From assembly GCA_002633005.1 (NCBI GenBank), contig NMRA01000417.1, forward strand, positions 76,158 to 140,157: a stretch of 64,000 nt of DNA, written 5' to 3'. The notes beneath the pieces were generated by a model. That model was not told the DNA's origin. It searched no databases and worked only from the letters and a program-made list of their open reading frames with translations. Positions 48,701 through 60,700 of the stretch are shown piece after piece. The position numbers and the translations under genes are program-made. How positions within the stretch are numbered: position 1 is the first letter of the stretch; each line of letters begins with the position of its first letter. The stretch is from Phoronis australis. Taxonomy: Eukaryota; Animalia; Phoronida.

Positions 48701-51700
48701 AATGAGTAAAAAGGTAGCTTTCACCATTTGTGTCTAAAATTGTTTCATGTATTTATTTCAGATATGTTTTTGTGAAAATTTGGAGAAAATATAAAACAAA
48801 TGTCAGTTTAAAATAACTTGGTTATAGAAGAGAGTCAAGCCAAGTCACCAAGTTACTAACTAGGTGAGCTATAATAGTTGCAGGTCTTGAATAAACAACA
48901 GGGAGCTCCTGTAGACACAATAAATTGAACTTATTACAGTACTTTAGTTGACATTTAGGGGTGATTATGTCTTATGATATGGGTTGTGTAGTCTCATGGG
49001 ATATGGTCTGTTTGAAGTCTTGTGATATGGGCTACGCCACTGTAATTCTACTATTATGCCAAACTAGTAAGAGGAACTCTTCCTTTCCAGGAAATCAAGA
49101 ATTAATCTTAAATTAACGAACCCTGTCAAACTGGACTCAACATTACACGGCCATCACACAAGCATTTTCAACAACTGATAGGCAGATCACACGGAGACTT
49201 TCATTAGTAGCAACAGACAGGGGTTTGTTGTGATGTTGAGGTTACCGGGAGGCATTGCTAATGCCCCATCCGCCACTGTGTCTAACAGGTTGCTTTGCTT
49301 TTTCAAATAACAGCTGATGGAAATCTAAGTAAAAGTGTTGCTGATATTATGGCGATTACGGGCATCAGTGAAAAAAGATAGTAAGCACACCTTTTTTAGA
49401 TGCGGTGCAAAATCAGGATGGTCCGTGATACACATCTGCGCTTCTCAAAGAGTTCATTTCACTAGCGGGATTTCGACAGGCAACAAACGCAAGCCTCAGT
49501 CATTCCACTGTCGTGCAGTTAGCTCACCGACACCATGACAAGTTCAAATGGTTTTAGGAACTATTCATATGTTTCGTTGTCTATGCACGTTCACGGACCA
49601 CCTCTATTAATTCTTGATCACTGTATTCCTGTGAAAACTAACATTCGACCTGTGAAGTCTTCGTTGGATGAGCACTCGTCTAAGTCGGGATTGCGAGTTG
49701 CCACGTTGACGTTTATATTGTTCTGTTTCAAAATGAATTATTCTCACTCTAACCAATGCTTAAATCAAACTGAAACAAAATTAGTCTGTCTCATCAGATA
49801 CAATTTGTAATGCCTTGGAGTGTTTGTGAATGCAAATGTTTTTAGAAGCCAGCAATAAACCGGCTAATTGACCGCGGGCACCGAAGCCGTGTGAGCGCAT
49901 GCTAATTCAGTGTTTGCTGACAGAAAGCTGTTGTGAAACAATAACTCCAATTTTATATCCTATGGTCAGATGTTAGGGGAATGTTTAATTAGATATTCAT
50001 GTACATTATTCGAATCATTGTTACTGTACAACTTTTGCCGTGACGGTACTGATTGAGGAATGGTAACCTGCCGACTTCAAGGCCCCTGACAAGCTAGTAA
50101 GTAGACCACAGCTGGTCGGCTGATGGCAGGTCGGCAATTAAAGTTTTTCTGGGGGGTTGCCTTATGAGTCGACACCACGGCCGGCTGCCGGTTGGCAAAT
50201 TAGCCGACCAGTTGACAGCCGGTCATCGACTCCTAGCCGACCGGTCGCACAAAAATTCGTGATGTGTGCTGTACATCACCACAAGAATCAAAAGTTAGTT
50301 CAAACAGTTAAGAACAACACTCGTTCACATTGTGTTCTATTCAATATACTCTGGGATCCATAGTAGATAAATACTTCTGCCACAGGTACCCGTGAATGTT
50401 TAAAATTTAATGCCATTGGCCCTTTTCTTGCAGTGAAGCAATATGGCAGGAAAAGGCTACTTCAGAAATCCTTTGAGGTGCCCGGATTTCATTAGTTTAA
50501 ATAATATTTTCTTGAGTAGCTTTTAACATTGATATTCGCATTTTCCAATACACCCGCAGTAAAAAAAATAATCAAAGAAGGCTTCAAACCGCCTATAAAC
50601 CCGCTTTTAGTTGCAAAACCTAACTTTTAATGAAGACTACTCCAGTTGCCGTCTCAAACTGTTTCTTTCTGAAATTAGCTGAAATTTCAGGGCTTCAAAA
50701 GAACTGACAGTTAGTTATTGGTTGGAACTCTTTGTACAGGACAAGCTGTATGGTCTAAATAGAAAATATCACTTGTTGGACAGAGCATGGGTCTGAAGCC
50801 ACTTCAAACAGAATTTGTTTCATTGGCAGTGTAAAGCAGTCAAGATGCCAGGGATATCCACTGTTTTCATTATGAGAGTAAGAATGTATAAAGTTTTCAT
50901 AGAATCACAAGATGATCTAGAATGATTGCTGAATTAGGGAGTTAAAGAACAATGCTTTATACAGCAGACGTTAAGACTATGATACAACTAGAACGACACA
51001 AAAAGGGAATTGTACAAAAATTCATAAAAATCCTTGGTCTCATGTTAACATAGTACTTGAGCCTGAGGATTAAAAGTACCAAGAAAACGGAACAAGTAGT
51101 TGTTAAAAAGACGTACACAAGAAACAAGTGAGAGAGCATGATTAGTAAAGTTTATTGCACTAAAAAAATTAGTACCACTTACCAAACATATCTTGCTCAA
51201 TAAATACCATCTAAAAATGCGAGAAATGTTACAACATTGCAAGTAGACATGCATTTGACTTCATAGAAATGTTTTTGCTTTCATCGGCCTACATGTGGGG
51301 TGTCAACATGAGAGAGAGGCCAACACTGAGGCTCTGTAGGGAGCATCGAGGGTCTGTAACAGGGAACAACGAGGGTCTCTAGCAGGGAACACTGAGGGTC
51401 TGTAGCAGGGAACATCGAGGCTCTGTAGGGAACAGCGGGGTCTATAGGGAACATCGAGGCTTTGCAGGGAACACCGAGGCTCTTTAGGGAACATACTTGG
51501 CCTAATGGATGTCAATCTGGATCTAAGAACCAATCTTGGAAATAAAAGTTAAATTTTGACTGTTTCACTTTGAGAAAGAACTTAAAAATGAATTTCTTTG
51601 ATATCACATGTGAGCATTTTTAAAATGATCTAGACAGCTAAGTATATCTTTAATCAAAGTTCGCAATTGATGACCGTTACATTCAAGCTAATACTGTAGT

Positions 51701-54700
51701 AGAAACTTGGGATATCAAGTTCAAACTTGAATTTGTAGCTTTAATGTAAGGAAAGTAAATTTATGAACTCACATGCACTAATCATTGAGTACTCGAGCAC
51801 AAATAGAACACGTCTATATCATTCTATAAAGCTTGAGTTTAAGTACTAGAACAAAAATATCAAAACGAGGTTGGAGTTCCAAAATTGGATTTCGGTCTTT
51901 GGTTAAGTAGAGTAACCAACATGCAAACTATTCTATGAAGTCAAATCAATCATGACAGTCAAAGAGAAAATAAGATATCAAAGCTGTTATAACCCGCCTT
52001 CCGTCACAAAAACAACTTTTGCTCAAGACCTCTTACTTTTTTGATATTGATCTCAAATTTTTTCTTTGTCAAACTGTACAGGATTTTAGGGCTTCAAAAG
52101 AAATGATAATTCATTATGGTTTGAATAAAAGCTCTACATGTTGGCTTGTCACAAAATGTCAATTTTGTGCTCTGAGCATGGTCTCAAGGAATAGCAAACT
52201 GCCAGTTCCTTGGAAACCTGGAAATCATTTCTTATCTGAGTAAGGAATGAGTTGATACCAGTTTCAAAGCGGTAAGTGGTTAAAATCAAAAGTTTTCTTG
52301 GACGAAATTCGAGAGTTTATGGATGGTTTAAGTAATAATAATTATGAACATACCAAATGGAGGCCAGCTGCACAGACTAACATTGTAGACTTGCTCACCA
52401 TTAATTGTGCAGTTTACATCATGTAGAACATTCTGAACCAAAAAAATAGAAACAGGTCTCAACTAATTGATAAAAAAGCAAATGCCAAATTACAAACACC
52501 TCCAATTATAGTGTCAATGAACATTTTGTCGAAAAGGAGGTGCTGGATGTCGAGCGGACAGCCGGAGAGGGGTAAGAATAGGTGACATATCATATTACCC
52601 TACTTGAAAAACTACTTTTGAACTGAACTGCAGAATGCATTGAAGAACAATACTTTAGACTTAACGTGCACCCCTAAATTGTTGAATTGAATAATGGAAC
52701 ACAATACAGCTTTGAGCAATTTAGCAGATTATCGTTTTCATAGTAAACTGCTTCAGGACACTGTGGTCAGCTGAAATCCAGGATCTGCCAGTGCGTAACA
52801 CAATTTAAATCTGCACAGAAAACCAGCTACCAAAAACACATCCAGTATAAATTTGAATTGATTCCTGCAGAGTAATTCAATGAGGATTATTCCAAGCAAG
52901 CAAACGAAGCAATGCTTAGACGTCTATGAGTACATGATTACGGATGTGGCAGCTTGAGTGGGGACTCGGGGAACGTCTGGCAAGGAGGGGGATGATGTCT
53001 AGATCATGGTGGTACATCTAGAGAATGGCTTTGGACATCTACTAGTAGAGGGGGACATCTAAGGAAGAATGTAGAGAAGAGGGCAAGCAGAAGGCCGCTG
53101 CATGATCTGCTTTGCTGGGCGACTGGCTGCTCCTTATTGTCCTCCAGATGGTGCCACCTATTGGACAAAATGTTCCAGACCTGTAACAGGTTGAGGCTGA
53201 TGGCATTTGATTTTGATCTTATAGCAGTACATGTGGCATCTTAAGCTCTAGAGAAATACACTTTAAGCAAATGAACAAAAGAAACCATATGACTCAAAGA
53301 GCCTTTAGTAATTTAAACAAGAGCAACACGGAGCTCAATGAAATGCGCCCACGGCAGCGACGCAAATGGTGAGCCTCTAATGGTGTTTCAGTATCATAAA
53401 AATGGCCATTAGATGGTGTAGAATACGACAAACCCATCCAAAATTGGGAAGGCATCATGATAGTCTCTCTATAACAAAACTGTCAAATTTCATGAAAATC
53501 CACCAAGGAACTAAAAATATACAGAGGCAGTCGTAAAAAAACAAAATGTCATTAGAAAGCACAGCGGTAATCGAATCTGTCCATCCAGTGGCGGATCTAG
53601 GATATCACAAGGGGGGGGCCAAACATTTTGTCCGGATGGAAGCATTTGCGCAAACTGAACCACGATTGTAGATGCACATAGCACCGAATGCGGGGAGGTC
53701 GGGAGGGGGGTTTGCCCCCCTCCCGCCCAGGAAATTTTTGTGTTTTTACCTCTAAAAATCAAGCATTTTCCTTGATTCCTGAAGTATTATCCAAGAAAAA
53801 AAGGCAAAAAAAACACGGAGAACGTGTCAAACAGAAAAAATGTATCAAAGACTCGAACTCACGACCTGGCAGCTAGAGCGCGTACGTTACCACTACACCA
53901 CCACTACTCTCGTACTAAAAGACTTACTTGTTTATGGGCCACAGCGTTTGCGCGCGAAACCTACTTCTTTTTGTAATGCTTATTACACGTTTTATATTTT
54001 GTGCCATCAATTCTTAACAAATTTGTCGTATTTGAAATAGTCTTCAAATGCCCAAAAGACCAAACCCATTTTTCGTGTTGGCAATAATGACGGGATTGCT
54101 TTGGAAATCGTCTTAAGATAAGGTTTGACAAAGAGAGTATTGCGAGTTTCTGAGTGATTCACTAAGGCTTCGATTAAAATTCACATCTTACCAGCAGCTT
54201 CTGTTTTTTCATCGTCACTCAGGTTCCATTTTCTTTAAAAAATGAAGTAAATTTTCTTCATTGCACAGTGGAGCAGACGACGGAAACGGAGTCGTAGTGC
54301 ACAGCGCCGCTGCCGGTCGCCTAGGATATCGCGGGAGATTCTATACTTAGCCATAGTTCCGTTACGAACGCGCCGTGTTCCGAATTTGACACTTGAAATT
54401 GGATTTGAGCCCCCCCCAACACTAAAACTGCACACATTTAAATCTTTTTTCATCCGTATAATTTTAATTACCGGGTTAATTAATAAACTCACCATTTCCC
54501 TACGCTCTTACTGTTTTATTTTTTTTGCGGCAGCCAAGGGGGGGGGCCCGGGGCCCCTGGGCCCCCCCTAAATCCGCTTATGCCATCTGAGGTCGAGTTA
54601 ACAGGAATAGACTAGACAAATTGTGATCTTGCAAGGTTTAGTAGATCAGCCGCAGATGTGAAAATAATGTTATTAGGGAGCACCACAGTTATAATGGACC

Positions 54701-57700
54701 TATCTGAAAATCATGCCAGTCGTGCTGATATCAGTAGGAAAATATCACCCAATTTTCATAACCGTCCTCTGAGCGGTTTGGCCAATACAGAAGCAAACAG
54801 CAAGAAAACAGAGAAAAAATAATTGACGCGGCCTCTAGGTGGCACAAAAGACGCTGAATCCATTGCAAATTGGAAAGATGATGTTGTCTTCATAGTAGAA
54901 ATTTCATGAAAAGCATCAAAGAACTCAAAAGGGGCGAGAGGCAAAGGTAAAAAATACATTGGTACTGGGGGGCATAGCAGTTGTTAGAGTCGTCCAATGT
55001 CATGGGCAGCCACTATCACATCTATAGGAGAACACCTGCAAAAGTTCAAAATTTCCACCATGTGCACAGAATACATCAAATCCTTCAGAAGACGGTATGG
55101 CGTCATCGCCTCTTAAATATGAAACTATTTGCTAAATTTCATGCAAATCCATCAAGGAACTCCCAAAGATACAGACTGAAGCAAACATAACAAAACTAAA
55201 ATTGCCACTAGGGGACAGAGCTGTATTCAAATCTGTCCAAAGCTCATGGATGTCTGTCGTCAGCTTCATAGAAACACGTCTGTCAAATCTAATTACGATC
55301 CAGCAAGGGGTTTAGGACACACAGCCATGGACGCGCAGACAGAGATGACGGCAGTGTGCACCCACATAATAAATATCTCACATATAAATATGGGGGCGCA
55401 TAATAAAAATTACATAGTTTAAAGTGTTTAAAACCACCACATTCCGATCAGGGTGTGAGCACCTGCGTCCGCAAGTTGAGTTACCTTTACTACAGAAGGC
55501 CAAATTACAAGTTCCCAATGTCTCGTGTTAATACGTTTTAGCTTCCGGTTGGATTTCGAGCATTGATACGTGCTGAGTGGAAAGTACCTGAGCATTCGCT
55601 TATTTCAATCTCTGCTCTTTTATCATTTGATTAACAAACCGGGCACCAGCATCTTAATTGACCAACCCTTGTTTAGTGAGTTCATTGTCTAAGGGAAATG
55701 ATTTACCTTGTTGCGACAAGTGACTACATTGTCAGCAACACTTTTAGATGCATATCACAACCACAAATTCAATATCACAAAAACAAGAAAATAGAAGAAC
55801 AGCGACTTAGGTCTGCTGACTACTGTGACATAGGAATTTACTCAACGTTGAGTGTGTTATGTCTACCAACACTCGAGTTTCTTGTACAAAATTGTGTCAT
55901 ATCTGCACTGTAGTATCTGATGTCTCACGAGAAAGTCAAAAGAGCGACAACATGCTCAAATACTCAGTTGTCACAACCACCAGAAACGCAACGCCTCGCC
56001 ATTCCATAGTAATACCATAAACCACCGGAAAACGGTGGCAATATCTTACGATTTTCCACTAAACACAAAGCAGGATGGCTAATGATGTGATAGGTTGTCC
56101 TGACTCTATGCAATACGAAGAGAGATCAGCTAATTAACATATTGTCAGATAGCATTTGCGGATGTTCTAATTTTTTTGGTATTTTTGATACGAAATTGGT
56201 GAGTTTAAGCACTTTAAACTGAACACTTCCAAAAACCTAATGTAAATGAAGCTCAAAAGTTTACCTTGACAACACTGGGAGGTTTCTTGACCATATGGTA
56301 ACATGTATAGCAAAGAAATGTGAGTAGTAGGATCTGGAAGCGGTATCTAAAAATAAGACAGCAGTTGTACAAATTCCATGAAAGTACTGTAAATACAACG
56401 GGTACACGGATACAATTTCAGTTGACTGATTTCTCATAAATAATCGTCAACAACTTAACTTTTCAGTTACTTTGACAACTCAATTAGCAAAAAATATCTG
56501 TCACCAAAATGTTCAACCAGCATGGTTTGGTTGCCTAAATGAATCCTAGACAGGAAGACCATGAAAATCCTGGGATAAACAAACCATCAGACAGATGAGT
56601 ACACAGTATCATCAACACTTTGACACCGATTGTAGTCGGCAATGTTTAATAAGTCTTCAAACTCTTTATATTTTTAAAAGAAGTGCCAAAATAGTTAACT
56701 GCCATGTTTAAGGTTCCGTTAAGCCTAAAAACTGCTGTTATCTGAACCCAAACCACTTTTTTTATTTAAACACAAACATATTGAATTAAACAAGAGCAAC
56801 GCAGAGCGTTGAAATGTGCCCACAAATGCATCGCAAACGTGCTTTTAGCAGACCGTAGAGAGGGAGACGTTTCACCTAGCGAAATCCTATTGGACGGCCA
56901 CTGCCGGCCATTGTTGTTTCATAGACCGTAGAGACGTCAAGCGGGTGTGTGCGAAAAAAGGAATATGGCTGATACTCGTGGTCAGTGGTCACAGAGACAA
57001 GATATTTTATCTGATCATGTATTTCATATAGATTTCCCATAGTTAATACTTCTGAGGTTAGTGCTGCGTCAAGTAACTTCAAAACAAGATATGGCAGCTG
57101 CAGTCCCTAAAAAGAGGATCAGAGGAGCTTTTTGCGCTGCAGAAACAGTAAGTTGAAAAATCGGGACTTGCACTTCTCCCCAATGATAAAGACAGGTGAG
57201 ATACCAGTGATACAAAGAATTCTTTTTGTGAAAATGCTGCCAGTTGTCATACCTTTAAGTTTCAAGTAAACATGGCAAATAAGTTTGACGATAGTTATTC
57301 AGATGCGGTTTATACGATTTTTACGAACGATTTTTATAGTGACGAGTAGCCTAGGAGTATGAAGGCTTTACTTTAGAAGATTTATGAGGGGCGCTGACTT
57401 GGATACCGTTCTTGAGAACGGTGGCGACGTTTTACCCGAGGAATGGGTGGCTGACCCAAGTAACTTACCTGTTCGATCGTGGTGTCCAGAGTTTATTGAA
57501 GTTCCGGGGAATCGTGGGATTTTAGTGGATACAAAACTTGTTAACTACTTCAAATTTTTCTTCAATAAGGATTTTATGAGGATGATTTCCACCCAGACGA
57601 ACATTTCCGCAGATAAATAGTCGCGAAAAGCCAGCCGTTATCGTGACACTCGCGTTTGCAAGGCTGGGCTTCCATGTCACCGGACGATTACCGTGCTATG

Positions 57701-60700
57701 ACGGCCCTTCAAATATCTATGGGACTTGTGAAAACCATTTGTACATTATCATTAGAACACCTACACGATATTTCAAACGATTTTTTCTCATCAGTTATGT
57801 CACGAAATAAGTTTCTGTCGATCAAATTGGTTTGTTACATTTTGTAAACAATGTTGAGTAATCAGGGCTGAACTGAACACCAGCGATAAAAAGGACTGAA
57901 CTAAATAAATGTTACTTGTGTCTGAATCAGTAACTCATAAAGTAACTCATTTATTCTTGTACTCTAACTTCTTGTTAATTTTGTAAACATGTATATACGT
58001 TCATAAAATGAATTTGTTGATTCACTGTTCAAATAATAAACATGTAAAAGCATGTCAGAGTTCAATGATTTTCTTCAATAAGAGTTAGACCTTGATTTTA
58101 TCAATATTGTTTACTGGTGTTAAACCTAGGAAAAAATTGTTAGTTCTTTTCCAGGTCCACAAATTCATTCTGAAATGTAAGAAAAACAAGTTAAGACCTT
58201 GTAAAATAGTTAATGAAGCATATAAATTGATTTTTGCCACTTTTTTCCACAAGTCTTTTGATTCCAAGGCCCCTACTCTGAAAAAAAAACAAATATGTTT
58301 ACATAACTGAAATATAATCAACAAGATAAATCTATTCTCTACTCACAGTATCAATGGTAACTTGAAAAATAATGATCATCACTTGAAAAATGATTAATTA
58401 AAAGCACAATGAAGTTAAAAAAATAATTGCAGGCAGTCTGATACACGTTGTACCAGACGTGCACAGGCCTCGCATGTGGGCCCATTGCACTGATCACCTG
58501 GAAATATTTTATGCTTTATTAATATATGGTTAAAACTGAGCTGAGGAGCTAGAAACCTGGCTCAAGGGTTTGGCAGTGTGACCTGGTGGGACTCGAACCC
58601 ACGACCTTGAGTAAAGAAAGCAGGCACTTATCAACCAGGCCACACTGCCTCCTCTAAAAGCATAAGTTAGTAGTTCGTAACATGGCCATTAGAAGGTGAT
58701 TTATAATGCCTGGCACTGGAGGTCATGTGGGTCACCATGGGCTCTGGCAGCAAGAGGGTTAATACTAGATAATCCTGAAAACGTCCAATAATCTAATCCA
58801 CACCGCTAGATTGTATGAAAACTTGTTTTACAAATTACATAAAATGCTTTCCTTATAATGATCTTCAAAAGAAATACTACCCTTAGTTAGGTGCTGAAAT
58901 GTTCATAATTTTGCTAAATATAACATTATTGAGTGTCTACAAACTATGGTCTTCAAGCTTGATAAACTTTCATTCTTCCAATTCCATTCAATGCTGTCAT
59001 GCGGTTTTAGAATATGTCATTCTCTCGTATTTGGCTGTTTGGGCCTCTGTGTCTAGATGCTATCACACTCAAATATGTGAATTCCATGTCCTGAAGTTAT
59101 GACTAATGTGTGGATCTCATGTCTTGATGCTATGGCACTGCAAAATTTCCATTGGTTTTCTATTGGATGGAATGCCACTGATTTTTTCCTGGGTCAGCTG
59201 GAATTTTCCATAATCTTTGCCCAAATCTAACTGTCCCCCACTTCATATGCAATATCTTTCTATTAAAACGGTTGTTCTTCACTAATTGAAACACTTTCAA
59301 AATATTCTGAAAATAACAGTAAATCACTCTCCTGCAACATTCAGTAGAATTCAGCTCATCATGATCTTGTAGTAAATTCATTTCCTGGAAGTCAAGGTCT
59401 AAGGCCATGATTGGGGCCTTTGTAGCTGTGCCAAAAATGAAGGAAGTGTGATGAATCAGGTTTGACGGCAACTTTGTTCAGTAAATGGGAAGTGATTGCA
59501 ATAATTCAGTAGCTGTTAAGAATAAACGAAGTCCAGTGATTTGGCTTTTGCTCAATTCTACCAGGATTCTTGTTTAGAGGGAAATTTTTGGCATGAATAT
59601 AGATACCCTTAGACAAATGGAAATTGACAAAAGTCTGACTGATAATAATCATTTTATCCAACATTTCTGGAATGCAAGAACATTTAGATTTTTGTCTCCT
59701 CTCTGGTACTAGGGCAGTTGTTCCTCTATAACTTTAGAGAGAAAACTGTTAATTCTGGTATTGCAATTTTTGGTATTAAAATTGTTCTTCTGGTGGACGT
59801 AGCACGGCAATTAGATATGGGTTTTCTTCAGCCTTTAGAAAAGCCACTGAGTATGCAGTTTCTGTAAGTTATGCCCTTTTATATGTGTCTTGGGACAGGG
59901 TGTAAACAAGGGCTTTGGTTACCAGACTATTGATAATGTGAAGACCAGCTAAATTTGGCCCAATACACACTTGATTGTGTTTGTTCATTTCCACGGGTGA
60001 AACTCCTTCTAGGTCCTGGTACAAGTTTACAGAAAATCAAATGGTCTGCTGTGTACTTGGCCATTGTTGATAGGGGAGTGGCCTGAAAATAAGGATACTA
60101 TATACTCCAAAAGGAGGCCAATTTGTAGACAGCTGCCATACAAGTCACCTTCCATACAGGTCACCTTCCATACAAGCCACCTTCCATACAAGTACAAGCC
60201 CCCTTCCGTACAAACCGCCTTCCACACAAGTACAAGCCGCCTTCCATACAAGCCGTGTTCCGCACAAGCCACCTTCCGCACAAGTACAAGCCGCATTCCA
60301 TACAAGCCGCGTTCCATACAAGCCGGCTTCCGTACAAGCCGCCTTCCGTACAAGCCGCCTTCCGTAAAAGCCGCCTTCCGGAATGTACATAACATATATC
60401 TTCACAAACTGTAGCCAACTATCCAGGTCATGCCAATTACCAATCATTGAGTCTGATCACGGTCCCACGGGGGTGAGGGGCTTCTGAAAATGGCCCTTAG
60501 GGAACTGGACTTCATAAAACCTCACCCTTTCCAAGTCAATACCCCTTCAAAATACAACCTTAATAAAGAAAAATTACGTTATCATGAATCACGATATAAC
60601 CAACACAAAGCACGTTGAGCGATAAACCATAGCCTATCCCTAGGCTAGACAATAACTATCGTCTGTATTTTGTGACTATCCTCTCTATCCAGAATAGAGA

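Noticed and set aside
60027-60447. Four overlapping ORFs on both strands
   Set aside because: Produced by a stop-poor 17-bp minisatellite.
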